From the NCBI GenBank assembly GCA_964106915.2, contig OZ066924.1: DNA of 64,000 nucleotides. One strand, 5' to 3'. The notes beneath the pieces are model-generated. The model did not search any database, was not told the DNA's origin, and saw only the letters and a program-made list of their open reading frames with translations. The stretch comes from Podarcis gaigeae (Eukaryota). The first letter of the stretch is position 1, and every line of letters begins with the position of its first letter. Shown here piece after piece: positions 38,882-52,027 of this stretch. A program made the position numbers and the translations under genes.

Positions 38882-38893
38882 CATCATCATCAT
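37911..38893 (+). mobile_element. L2-clade LINE, 5'-truncated (ORF2 C-terminus, 3'UTR, (TTA)n tail)
   Basis: VKSLGVTFD...SRLDYCNLLYTGLP...LQRVQNAAARLL...LHWLP is the characteristic L2 ORF2 C-terminal sequence; frameshift near 38310. Confidence 0.92.
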
Positions 38894-39066
38894 ATGCATT
38901 TTTGTGTTTTTATATTGCAAACCATCCTGTGATCTTCAGATGGATGGTATAGAAATTTAATAATAATCATAAATTGAAAATGAAGTATTGCTAAAATTTG
39001 AATTACAAAACTAAACAGCTAAATTGTTTCTGAAAACTAAATTGTTTCTTCTTCATTTCCTGATTA

Positions 39067-39292
39067 CAGTGGTACCTTGGGTTAAGTATTTAATTTGTTC
39101 CGGAGGTCTGTTCTTAACCTGAAACTGTTCTTAACCTGAAGCACCACTTTAGCTAATGGGGCCTCCTGCTGCTGCCATGCCACTGGAGCACGATTTCTGT
39201 TCTCATCCTGAAGCAAAGTGCTTAACCTGAAGCACTATTTATGGGTTAGCAGAGTCTGTAACCTGAAGCGTATGTAACCCGAGGTACCACTG
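39067..39292. mobile_element. Tigger/pogo-like MITE
   Basis: ta|cagtggtaccttgggtta ... taacccgaggtaccactg|ta. Confidence 0.9.
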
Positions 39293-39442
39293 TACTTTTA
39301 TAAGCATATATACAGTTAAAGGTATCACTAATATTTTATTTGGTATCCAAAGCTAAAAAATAGTTTTAAAATAGTTTAAAAACCAATGTGATTGAAACAT
39401 TACTTTTTTATCTAACTCAATGGGGAGGAGGGTTAAACTTAC

Positions 39443-39499
39443 CACTGGGTAATGTTTTTCTCCCTGCTACTTCTTCCCTGAGCTTTCATAGCCAACATT
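39443..39499 (-). other. ERBIN: ERBIN exon 2 (57 nt, 5'UTR)
   Basis: Strong acceptor tttctttctctttcccAG|AATGTTGGCT and donor ACCCAGTG|gtaagt. Both ends match my recollection of the short human 5'UTR exon (aatgttggct...acccagtg). It lies 2.4 kb upstream of the ATG exon. Confidence 0.85.
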
Positions 39500-40762
39500 C
39501 TGGGAAAGAGAAAGAAATGACAATCTTAGGCAAAACTATGAATCTGAAAAAGCAGGATCCGTGCTTCCCTTTCATTTCTATTACATTTATATATACTGAA
39601 TGGAAAAAATCAACTTTACGATTCCATGATTCTATGAACCTCCTAACATTCTGGAGATTCTACCCTATATTTCTAAAAACCAGTATCATTTAGAAAACTC
39701 ACCAAACATCCGGGGTACACATTTTAAATTTAAAGGCAAAGAATAGTCAAAACGACAAAGTCTAATTTGCCATCCACTTTATTACTGCTGTGGTTTCTCC
39801 AAAAGATTCAGAGGCATTCATTTAAAAATCAAAATAAAATCAAAAGTAAGTTCATAGACCATGAAATGTTACATTTCGACTATGTATGTGTTAATATAGT
39901 TAAACCTATACCAAATTTTAAAAATGAGAATCATCACACTCAGTTGAAAAACTGTACCCACTATGATCAAAAAAACAAGTGGCACCCATTAACCTGAAAA
40001 CAATGTCCCAAATTATTATTACAATTAAAGGGATCCATTTATTTATCTCAAGACTGATAACTACACTAGTAATCAAAAGGCCAGTCTACATAGTTTTAGC
40101 TATCTACATTTATAGAACACAATCTCTCTGTATGAAGCAGATGGCAGTTAGTTACCACCCCATATTTATTTATTTTAAGATCCAGGAAGACAGAATTGTA
40201 CAAGTCAGCCAATATTGTCTCTAACCTATACTTAATGTTTTCAGAATACATGACAAAACATGTAAAACAATCTTAGGGAAGTTCTGATGTATAAACAATC
40301 TGTACAAGGAACATATAAAACCCTTATCATGCATGAAAGTATATTCATAATATGAATGAAAACACTGATTTCCTATTTACATAAATACAACTAGGGCATG
40401 TAAGCTAGTGCATTTTTTTAAAGAAAACCATGATTTTGCTTAGATATTTGTTCCTCTTATGATAGTTTCACACATGGAAGCAGCACAGGAGACCAGGAAG
40501 CTTTACATTTCAGCAATACTCTGATTTTAATAGATAAAGCTATGGTTTTAATATAGACTCTTGTCAAAATTCTCTTTCAAATGAGCAGCACTGGTTCTTA
40601 TACAAATCCTCAATGTATTGTGAACTATGTAACACATGCATATTGTGAGCACAATTCTTCACCATGCAGGGGCAAAAGAGATCTTGTGTACAGAGGGATC
40701 CTGATGGGGCATATCACAAACCTTTTCTCTCCATATGTTGGCATCACACCAAATGGAGATTA

Positions 40763-41048
40763 CCGTATTTTTCGCCCTATAGGACGCACCGGCCCATAGG
40801 ACGCACCTAGATTTGGGGGGGGATAAAGGGGGGGGAATTATTATTTTTTTCCCAGGCGCGGGGCTGGGGCGGGGGAAGCCCGAGCTTCCCCCTCCCCCAG
40901 CCCCCAGAACGGGACCCAGAGCGATGCCGAAGCTGCACGCAGCTTCGGCATCACTCTGGGAGCTTGCGGGGCTGGAGCAGGCTTCTCCCCGCCGCCAGCC
41001 TTCTAACCAAGTCGGGGGACAGCGGGAAAGGCGCTGCGATCCCTCCGC
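40763..41048. mobile_element. Tc1/mariner-superfamily element (family of 15314), right end missing
   Basis: ta|ccgtatttttcgccctataggacgcac left TIR, GC-rich interior; right boundary approximate. Confidence 0.75.
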
Positions 41049-42516
41049 ATATAGAGAAGGGTTTTATCCTATGTGTTAGTATAGGTATGCTGAATCAGGG
41101 TGGTTATTACACAACCCATGACTTCTTTTGTAACCTGCATTAGAATTCAGCTTTTTAATTTTTTAAAAAATAGGCTTTTAGTTGTGGCTTTAAATAGATA
41201 TTTTTAGGCTAATAACAATACACCCCAAAGGCTAAAAAAACAGAAAAGGAGTTTGAGAAATATTTAAATGGTTTATCATGTGCCTCAGTTTAGTCAATGA
41301 AGAAGTTACATGTAGCAAGTTAATATTGTATATAACCAAGACCAGACCTTAGAATGTTTCCCTGTCACCAACATTGTAGTTTTTGAAAAAACTACAATTG
41401 CTTAATTATTTGATAGGTATCATTTATACAAAGCATGTGTATGTGTGACCACACACGTTTTCTGTACAGCCAGCAACAAGTGCCATTACAATTTATTATT
41501 TTTATGGTCTAATCACTAAAAATACACTGGAGTCAAGTGGGGGAAAGTAAAAAACATTCAAGCTCAGCAGTAAGATTAATGGACTAATTCCATTATAGAT
41601 AGAGGATTTGCTGTAAAACCATTAAGAGATCAAAAATGAAACAGCTTGATAATGTCACAGATAAAATAATTCTGCCGAGTTTAATCTGATCTCACAAACA
41701 GGGACTATGTGATGCCTTTTCTTAGTTTCCGATAGGATGATATTAAGAAAGCTGTAGAGTATTTACATGAGGGACAGTGACCTAATTCTCACTAGAGGTG
41801 GTAAACCTGCATCAGGGCTGTCAGAATGCAGATGGTGATTCACAGGACTGACTGCTCTCCAATGGGAAAAAGCGGCTTCTAGACAAAGAAAACTAGAATG
41901 CCACAATGAATGCTATGCTAGAAGTCTTCTCCCTGATAGGCTTCTCTCTGTCTGTTGTCTAAAGGGATATGCACCCCAGACACAGATGTACTACCTCAAC
42001 AAGCACTATTATTGGTTTTTTTTAATTAAATTTGTATACTGTTCTTCACCCACAGAACTCAGGGCAGTTCACACCCATCAGAGGCAAAAGTATTTTATCT
42101 GAACAAGTCTAGAATAAAATTCTAGTATAGCACGATTAGTAATATTTGCTATGATATCCCGTAAGGAAGAAGTTATAAAACTAGTTATAAAATTAGGCAC
42201 ATTGTGGACTAATTTTAAAACAGAACCTCTTACAACAGCACAATGTTTAAATCAGACATCCAGCAGACTAAAAAGAGTTTCAGAATGGAATCTCTGTTGC
42301 ATCATTCCAACCTAAACCCTATAAAACAGCAAACATGTTCTCTCATTTAGGGTTCAACGTAATAGCTCAAGCAAAGAACATGTTCTAAGTGTTTTGTAGT
42401 CCTAACATTCAGGAAACGAAGGCTATGACTGCAAGGGAAAGAGCATATCCATTACAAGAGGAGATGCAAAATGGGTTATCCACACTGCCTTTGAAACCCT
42501 ACATAGCAACACCAGA

Positions 42517-42547
<31 letters not shown>

Positions 42548-42675
42548 CCAAGTGCAGCCCCAATCCAAACAGTTGTCCATTATGGTTTACACAAGCATAC
42601 TCATGTTAAAGAGGTCGAGTTAATATCAATTTTCAAGTCAGTTTTTAAGGAAGAAAGTAGCTAGGTTATTTAGAA

Positions 42676-42678
<3 letters not shown>

Positions 42679-42744
<66 letters not shown>
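42679..42744. repeat. Compound microsatellite (GT)n(GA)n
   Basis: Read directly. Confidence 0.95.
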
Positions 42745-42747
<3 letters not shown>

Positions 42748-45147
42748 AGGACCTACCCTGTGGTTTTACACACACACCCCATAAACCTCCTCTCCAGATC
42801 CCCCAGCACACCCAAGATTATGCAATTATTTCTATGCAGAATCTCCTCCAACCCTGGATACATGAACTAAAATTTTCCCTAGGGACTTATCTCTATGTGG
42901 AGGGAAGGAATCATGTCAGCTTCTGGACCGCTTACAATCTCATCATGGGCATGTAAGTGTGTGTTAATATCTGAACAGCCGTTCAAAGTCTGTATATGAC
43001 AACAGCCTCATTACAGCAAGTTTAGTTTGAGCAAGCATAGCTTAACAATGATAAAATTCCACTTCCAACGTTTCACCTAAAAACAACAAAACATTATGCC
43101 AAGAATACATGCAGACAGTGCTCAACAGTATGTTATTAACTGACAATTTTAATGTTTGAATCATGGATCCTTATAATGAGGTTGAATTTCTACAGCAACC
43201 AATACAAATAATAAGTCCTATTAGTTGCCTTTTTTAAAAGTAACTTTCTTTTTTTAAAAACAACACCACATTTTCCTCCTTTTTTCCAAGTGACTAGTTA
43301 CAATTACAGAAACATGAAGTACCATTTTCAAACCCTATTAAAACCTACCATGGAAAACAGTTTGCTCTAGTGCTTACAAGTAGAAAACTAGCTAAAATGT
43401 TGGGGGGGGGGACTTATTGCAAAGGATCAGATCTTTACTCAGTGGTTCAGTTCATGGTCACGGGCATCAGGACATACAATGGGAGAGAGAGGCTCTCTTC
43501 TCCAATTCCGCATCCTTGGTCCTGACTCCCCAGGACATAAGTGTTTGCTGTGTATAATATGCAGTCACATATGACATGAGCAAAACTGTGGTTACATTAA
43601 TCTTCAAACCATGATTTGAAGTGGGCTTCCAAATTAACAGTTTATAGAGATTAGCACCTTCCCAATTAAGATGTGATGGCCAGCTATGTGAAAGGAACCC
43701 AGGAAGTGGGAGAAGGAATTAATGGTTCATTATTAGCCCTCCAAAATCAACTGTTTGGAGAATCATTTGAATTTAACCAACATCTCTTCTAAATGAAATA
43801 AGCAGTGCGCATACTAATGCTTTAGTAAAATTTTTAAGTGTAACTCTTAAATCACTTACATACACAAACATTTAAGGGTGGAGATAAAAACTGGAGCAAA
43901 CAGCTATTGCTTTGATTTCCACTATTAACATATTATTTGAACACAGGCAGCCTTCTTTTCTGAGTAATCATAATCTCTGCATGAAGCTCTGTAGAAATGC
44001 ACACCCCCCCCCCCGCACAACACAAGCTAGAAAACAGGTGACAGATCATCTCCAATTCAACACTTCACAATGGTTCCCAAACTGACAGCTTTATTTTATG
44101 TGCTTCCTCGATTTACTTGCCTGCTAACAGCCAATTAAGCTTGACAGATTATTATGTAACCAGTTTAAACTGAAAACATGCTCTTGAATCTTATTTAAGA
44201 ACACTCCTCACTACAAAATGCTCACTGGACACTGCACTTGGATCCCAATTGTCAGCTATGTTGGAACTCAAGATTAAAAGCAGTGGGATAAGTTTACAAA
44301 TCTAATATCATGAACCTACAATCTTGTAATGATTTAGGATTCAACCCTATGCACACATCAGGTGGGGAAATCCCACTGAAGTCAATGTGTCTGACTCTTG
44401 AAGATTCTTATGGCACTTAAATTCAAAGCTTGCAAGCAGCCAATGTGTAGAAATCCAAATGCTTAGCATCTCCCCCCACCCCATGCACAAAAGTCCCTTT
44501 TGGACTGCTACCATTGTTTTCTACTTGCTTCCACTCAATGTCTTACTAATAATATTCAAAGTTCAATTCTTGTCAACATTTCCTGAATTTTCGTAAGTAC
44601 TTCCCTTTTACTATTTAAAATGGTTTTATTGCTCAATTTGTTTTACAAAGAAGATCCTTAAATAAAAAAGCATGTGAGCAGAAGGATCAGGGCTCCCTCA
44701 GCTGGAGAGGGGGAGCACTTTAATGGAGCTTCCAGCCTGCCACTGCGAGCCAGTGGCAGGTTTGGGGCTCCGTAAAACTGCTTGGCTGAGGCGAGGGCAG
44801 TGGCACACTCCTCAGCCAAGCAGTTTAAAGAAGCAAGGGAGAAACAAGCTGTATCAGAACCTCACTGATGTAGCTTGTTTCTGCCTCTGCAGCTGTATAA
44901 GGGCAGACTGCAATGGCAGTTTCACTCAGTGGTATATCACTGCTCCTGAGTACCTCTGCCTCCAGCGCCTGACTGCAGCTTGTTTCTCCCTTGGTGCGCT
45001 GGACGCTGGTAGCAGAGGGACTCAGGAGGCAACAGTTTCACCCACGATATACCGCTGAGTGAAGCCATCATCGCTGCCTGCCCCTCATACCAGTCCTGCA
45101 CGATATATTGATATCGCCCAGACTACATTGAAGTAGAAAGACAAGTA

Positions 45148-45335
45148 CAGTGGTACCTCTACTTGCATTCACCTCCAGTTACATATCCTTCGGGATACGT
45201 ACATGGCAAACCCGGAAGTATTTTTCCAGGTTTCGCCACACACGCATGCGCAGAAGCGGCACCTCCAGTTATGAATTCATTGGGATGCAACCAGAGCTCC
45301 GGAACGGATCCCATTCGCAACCGGAGGTACCACTG
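45148..45335. mobile_element. Tigger/pogo-like MITE (family of 25486)
   Basis: ta|cagtggtacctc ... ggaggtaccactg|ta; ctccggaacggatcccattcgcaac shared with 25486. Confidence 0.88.
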
Positions 45336-45819
45336 TACATACACAGAACAATTGTAATTAGCAATCCTTTCTTTCCACTTTTAAAGGGGTTCATCTAGAA
45401 AGGTCAGATTTAGAATACAGTACCATAGTTTCTGGGCCGGCACAGCTTAGAGGTCAAGCATGCAGAAGAAAGGGATGGGCATCCAAGAAAAAAGACTTTG
45501 GGCAATCCCACCTGCCATTGGAACCAATGTGTTTTGGCTATACGTGATATTGGCTTTATGTGTTTTCTCCCAGAATGTAACTTCCACGTAAGTTGATAGT
45601 CATCTGTATCAGTAAATATTTAAGGGTGTTTCCAGGCAGGTCAGTGACATTGAAAATATTACTATGTGGGTATCCAATGCTCACAAGCTAAAAAAGAATA
45701 GCAGTGAAGTCATTCTAGCATCACGATTAACCTGCACAGAAAACATTAACTACCAGGACCAGCACAGATGGCACAATCTGGAAGTGTGTTTATTTAAAAG
45801 AATCTGGATTACTATAAGG

Positions 45820-45955
45820 CAGGCATAGGCAAACTCAGCCCTCCAGATGTTTGGGGACTACAACTCCCATCATCCCTAGCTAACAGAACCAGTGGTCAGG
45901 GATGATGGGAATTGTAGTCTCAAAACATCTGGAGGGCCAAGTTTGCCTATGCCTG
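45820..45955. mobile_element. 136-bp hairpin hAT MITE
   Basis: TIR caggcataggcaaact / agtttgcctatgcctg; perfect 8-bp TSD ctataagg. Confidence 0.92.
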
Positions 45956-47636
45956 CTATAAGGGGAAGACAATCCCCCCCCTCCAATTCTGATTTAGGAC
46001 TACAGTCACAGGATAAGCATTATCATATAAATAATGATAGGAATCAGTAAGAGAAAACCCACAATATCAGAAGTGTACAGGATTTAATCACTTTTTAGAT
46101 TGAACCAGTAATTAAATAAAATACAGAGAGAATGTTGGCACTGTGTTGTTCTTGCTTATTGCACGAAAACTTTTATGAAAACACAACTTCAACACACCAG
46201 GTGAAGGCTTCAATGATATACAAAGAAATATGTGCAGGGATTAATAGGATTGTATTCTATCTGCTTACAGAGAGATGATAAAGCTATCAGTATTCTTTAA
46301 ATCACAAGATACAGCATAAGCTGCTTAAACTGGATTCATACATTTCAGACAGCATGGGTCGTATTTAAGCAGCCATCCAGTAATTCCCAGCCTGAAAACA
46401 GAAACGGCCAATCCTCATTGCATTACCTTTCTTCACTTGGTTCTGTATGGAAATAATAAATGCTAGGTGCAGCTATTTAAATTGTCTATTTCTATTTAAA
46501 AGGCCAGCAACATATTTTAAAACACTGCACACACCAACTATATAGAACATTTACTATGATACCATTAAAAGCCAGTCCAGATAGAAATGTATTAAGGGGG
46601 ATTATTATGAGCAGAAAGAAATTGCTTGATTTCAGTCCAAAAGCTTTGGTAGAGCAAGGAATGGATTCTGTTTTCCAAAGCCTGGAGTAGACTACAGAAT
46701 CCCAAACCCACTGCAATCATGCCTCAAAGAATATCCTCTGTTGTTTCCAATGCAATTCTCAGTAGGGATAGATAAGAGATGTATCCCCACACCAGAGAGG
46801 AAATGGCCTGGTTCACTTTAGTAGTACCACAAGATTTAGGTCTTGCAAGGGGCAGTAATGCTACTTCTTAGGGTGTGATAGAAAGCATGAAAGGAACTGT
46901 CTGCAACGTTGAGATAATCTTATGCCAATCTGTGCCCAACTACCATGTGATTTCCAATGCCAATCCCAAACTGCAAGAATGTTCTGCATTTAATTCTGGA
47001 AACACTTCCATGCCCATCAGACACTAGAGTTCTAGCCTAGATACTAACTGGGCATGAACTCCACCCCATTCCTGCTTTAACATTTCCAGAATGCCCCTGT
47101 CTGCCCTGGCCCACCCCTATTCCACCCTTTTAGTGACATTTTTGTGACTTTTCAGGTCACTTCCGGGTTGGATGCCATGCGCACATGCACGACTACATGT
47201 CAATCAGATGCACATAAATCAGTTGTTGCCTGTAGTGTATCTTGATTTCAGTAAGTTGTGTACATCCAAGTCATGAGTGAATATCTTCCTCTGTGAGAAT
47301 TCTGTATGTGCAATTTGGAGGGAAGTGCCTCTCTATCACCCTCTGGTAAAAACCATTCATTGGTCTCAGGGGGAATCAAGAATTGTATTTTGTGAGGATT
47401 TCCCAACTAATCTCTGCATTACCTGCCCAGGTCCTTTAAAATGGAGTAAAGCAAGCAAGATATCCCTGCCTAAGGGCAAGGATGCATCACAGTATTATGG
47501 TAGCATGTGGGGATTTAAAGGGATACTGGTTCTCAGTGACAACAACTAAGAAATGAGAAAAGATAACCCTGAACTTTTACTCACCCAAGCAGCAAGCTGC
47601 TTTCCCTGTACTATCTTTATTTTTAATTATCTAAAC

Positions 47637-47819
47637 CAGTGGTTCCTTTTGACTAAGTACTGTGGAGCCTCTGTTTTTCAAAAGCCAAACCATAAACCCC
47701 CTACTTCTGAAAATATTGATATCTCTATGGGTAGTTTTTGTTATATAAATGGTACTGCACACCCCCTGGGTCGGTTACACGGACCCCGGGGTCCATAGAT
47801 CGCCAACTGGGAACCAGTA
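47637..47819. mobile_element. hAT (Charlie-like) MITE
   Basis: Ends cagtggttcc / ggaaccagta; TSD atctaaac / atctaaat. Confidence 0.65.
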
Positions 47820-49239
47820 ATCTAAATCATTATGTGCTGAAAAATGATAAATGTCCTGCCAAATCTAACAATGAATAAATTTATAAATAGAAACATATTG
47901 ATCAACTACAAATACACTAGGCAAAAAAGTGTTATAACAAGCTACTATTTCTGACTGCATCTAACCCCGCTCCATCAGAAATCTTCAGAAATTATAGGCA
48001 GTCAGGATATCAGAAGCTTCCGTTAAGATTTTGGGAGAGCTTGCAAGATAAAGCCAAGATAGGAAAGAGGTTTTTTGGCTGGGAATGCAATTTCTTCACC
48101 AGCACAAGCTAGCAAACAAACCAGGAAGGCTTCATGTAAGTATAGCTTCCCATTTCATCCAAACTGGGAAACTACATTAAGTCTACTTCAGTACAAAGGA
48201 GGATATAAAACTCTGGTCTGAAGTTGGTTTAATATTCTGGCTTGGTCTGAAGTTGTTTATGATCAAGGTTTGAAATTACGTAGCAGGGAACCAGGCACAT
48301 TTCGTGCCTAAAGATTCTCTATTTGCGAGCACCTCAAAAAGTCTGGGTGCCATTTTTTGCACCTGGTTGACATTCAAGGATTGCTGAAATGTATGTGCCT
48401 CAAAGCATATGTTAAGGATAGACAATATTTTAAAGAGTTTAACAATAAAGAGTAGAATGTTTTGAAAACTGAAGTATGGTATGTATGGTTACCAATATTT
48501 TTATTGTAAACACCAAATTAAACATGTATTCACAATTTCTGCTAAAAATATGATATTAACAATGTGTCACTTATGTGAGTTGCGTATTAGTTCATGCTTA
48601 CCAAAATAATTAATAAAAAGTGTTGCTGACTCCCCCCCAATGGCGACTAGACATTCTAACACTGTTTATGATGTACTAGGCTATCATGAATTTGTCCTAT
48701 TATTAAGACCTGCCAGAGAGGCTGTTTTGAGGGTATACCACTGCCAAGAGAAGCCTACCCCACCACCATGTTGCTTCCAAACTGTAGAATGTACTCCATT
48801 TAGAACCACAATTGGCCTCCTCATTCTCTGTTTTACAAAAGAAGTCAAGACGTATCTTTTTAATTTAATATCATTGCTAATGTTTTATGTTGTTTTTATT
48901 TCTGTTTTATTGTACACTACCATAGAGTTGTTGTTGCTGTCACCAAAAAGGCAGAATAAAATTCTAAAAAGAAACAAATGGGTGCAAACCGATAAAAAAA
49001 TTGTAATTTGCTGCCACTATGTACTTTTCAGTGGATAATATATTGTACTGCTTCTTAAATTGCTGTGACTAACCTCTGCTCATCTTAAAAGCAGCATCTA
49101 CGGTAATTTATGTAAGAAAAAAAGTCTGCACAACTCCTGCTCAAATGTTTCAGAAGCAAGGAAAATTAATGCACTCTGAGGCTAATTTCAGTTATACATT
49201 GGAAAGATCTGCTGGTAATCACAAATGAGACTAAAAAGA

Positions 49240-49625
49240 ACAAAGTCTTGTAGCATCCTAAACACTTAACAAATGTATTGCGGCATAAGATTTTATGGTC
49301 TCCAGTGGACTGTCTCAAATGTGTGACATGTTATCCTGTAGGAAGATTGTGAACAATGAGGTCAACAGAAGGTGAAATGCATAAATTAGAGACGGCAATC
49401 ATTACATAATTAGTGACAATTCACAAAACAGTCATTGTTGATAATACACACATCCTGGCATTGGTAAGCCAATTAACAGTTGTAGATTGATAAAAACCCC
49501 AGTGTGTCAATTCATTACAACAAGTGACAACATCAAATCTACTGTTGAATTGTAATTCAGCAGTTTCATGCTGCAGTCTCCTTTTAAAGTTCCTTTGTTC
49601 CAAAATGACCATTTTTAAGGTCAGT
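49240..49625 (-). mobile_element. Penelope-like element 3' fragment (GIY-YIG C-terminus plus decayed pLTR)
   Basis: DLKMVILEQRNFKRRLQHETAELQF resembles the C-terminal helix of PLE GIY-YIG endonucleases; downstream sequence resembles the repeat at 59110-59200 and 61195-61240. Confidence 0.7.
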
Positions 49626-49749
49626 TGCTGTTATGCTCTGGGGAGCCACAGTAATACTACTGTGTCGTAGATGCTATTTAACATCTACTTGAAGTAGCTG
49701 GGAGTGGTCATTAGATTTAGGGTAAGGTGTCACCAGTGAGCTGATACTA

Positions 49750-50550
49750 TCCAGCTCTACTTCTCTGTAACATCTAAATCAGGAGAAGTCGTGCCAAGCA
49801 CTGGACTAATGCCTGGACTCAGTGGGTGCTGGCTGAAGGCCAATAAAGTGACTGAGTATTGGCAAAATGGAGACACTGTAGTGGATGGTAGTGGATGTAG
49901 TATGGATAACTGGTTGATTGTTTGCTTTGGATGGGGACGTATTCACCCAGAGGAGTATGTTTGTAGTCTGGGGGTGCTCCTGGATCCGTCGCTGCCACTA
50001 GAGGCTTAACAGGTCTTGGTGGCTAGGAGAGCATCTTAACAACTTTAATCAGCAAGATAGATATGACAGTCTCTGGACTGGGATAGCCTGACTATTGTCA
50101 TTCATGTGCTGGCAACCTGCAATGCACTCTACGGGGGCTTTGCATAAAGCTAACCCAGAAGCTGTTGCTAGTAAAAAAAAATGTGGCAGTTCAACAGTTC
50201 ACTGGGGTGGAATACTCTCATGTTAAGCTGCTACAAAAAGAATTGCACTGGCTGCAATTATCTACAGGGGTCAGTTCAAGGTGCTGTTTTGGCTGTACAA
50301 ATCCTTATACAGATTGGGACCAGAATATCAAAAAGATCATCTCATCTCTACAAACCCAACCAATCATTGCATTCTGCAGGAGAGGGAATCATGCAGATAA
50401 CATCCTATATAAGGTCCACTCTGCAAGATGCCAGAATCGGACCTTAGGTGTGGTGCACCCACACTTCGGACTCCCTCCTATATCAGACAGACACTTTCTC
50501 TAAGGTATTTTCAGCATGTGCTAAAGAAGTATTCTTTTCAACAAGCCTTT
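49750..50550 (+). mobile_element. Decayed L2 LINE fragment
   Basis: Remnants WLKANK, VCSLGVLLDPSLPLEA and LQKELHWL in broken frames; boundaries approximate. Confidence 0.8.
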
Positions 50551-52027
50551 TAAATGAAGATGTTTATCCCAGTTGGTATCTATATTGGAGCTGAACTTAT
50601 TTTATGTATAGCTTCTAACTCTGAAATGTTTATATATGAGGGTTATCTTTTAAAAGTGCAATTATTCTACTTCATTATTCTTTAAATGAAGTATTTATCC
50701 TATTCCCACCTCAGTACCACCACCAGTAGCTCAAATATGAAATAACTGGTTCTGAAATATGAAGTAATGGATCCTGTTTCTCTGGACTGTTGTGAATGCT
50801 ATTTAATTTTCTTTGAAGGGAAACATTACGCCAAGACTAAATTTCTTTAATCTATTGACTGTGAAAGAATTTCAGGCCATCAATGCTGATGACTGGCAAG
50901 TGTCAAAAGGGTCTACTCACTTTCACCCTCTGTCTCCTCACCCTATCACCTTTCAAACTAAGTTTTACTTCACATGTTTTGTTCCTCACACTGGTTTGCA
51001 ATGAATACTCCTAATTTTATGTTCAGTACAAAACTAACTCTTTGAGGTAGGCTAGACAGGTGTTGTTCTAGGTGTTCCAGGCAAATTCTAGGCATTGTTC
51101 AGGCACAATCTATTGGGAGTGTTTTTGTTTCAGAAAGGAGCAGAAGTCAGCAAAAGTACTGCTTTCTTCTTGTACAAATCCAATTCATTCCAGTGGAATT
51201 CTCACTTGAAAAGTTCCTAGTGAAGAGTGTCTTGTGCTGACAGAACCTTATATATTCTTACAACCAATACCATAAAGTTTCTATGGACTATTTAATAAAA
51301 AACAAGCCATTACATGTTTTGCAATAATGAACAATAGACAATAGACACTGGAAAGAGACAAGGGGCTAGAATAGAATTGGCATCGTATGTTATAAACTTA
51401 GTTGTGTTTTTTATTTCGGGGTTATGCAGTCCTTCCTATGAGTTGTGGTCCAGCTTAGCCTTTGCTGATAGGGACTCCATGAAGAAAGCAATGCGCCTAA
51501 ATGCCTAACACCCTCCACTCCACCCTCAATGGACATCCTAGGACAACAGGAAAGCAGCAGCAAGCCAATTCTTTGCAGAATGAGGACCAGTCCCAATCCT
51601 GCAGCAATCAAGGGCAGCATCAAAACTTATTATTGAACCATGGGAACTCACAAGGTCCAAGACCACTACTGCAAAAGTAAGGGACAACATTGGCTTCAGT
51701 TCTTGCACTATGAGAAGAAACCAAGTCTCAGTCCAATACAAGTTTGCTCCAATCCCACTTTGTCCTGCACGAATCACTTGGAGATCACCTATGAGTGATA
51801 TTGACAAGTGCTTCCTTAATATGTATATAAACAAAAGAAATAAGGCAGTTCTTTGCAGCTACTGTTAAGCATTGACTGCTTAAGTGTTGATTTTATGCTT
51901 TAAGGGATATGGTCTCCTTCACAAGAGACCAATACTAACAAAATGGTGTGTGTGAATGTGTGCAGAGGAGGGGGACTGAGAGGAAGTGGGGTTTGGGTTT
52001 TTCGCTAACTTCAGACAGCAGGTAGTA

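Larger units (their letters stand above)
2158..39499 (-). other. ERBIN: ERBIN (ERBB2-interacting protein) gene, exons 2-21; gene extends beyond both window edges
   Basis: N-terminus [22 protein letters not shown], tandem LRRs, LAPSD (FPQQPR...KRYPTPYPDELKNMVK) and VPHDWREQVLRHIEAKKLEK are ERBIN-specific. 19 coding exons splice in frame (3618 nt, 1206 aa). PDZ exons and exon 1 are not in the window. Confidence 0.97.

Noticed and set aside
40763-41048. GC-rich patch as ERBIN promoter or exon 1
   Set aside because: It begins with a transposon TIR and is under 300 bp. No true CpG island is in the window.
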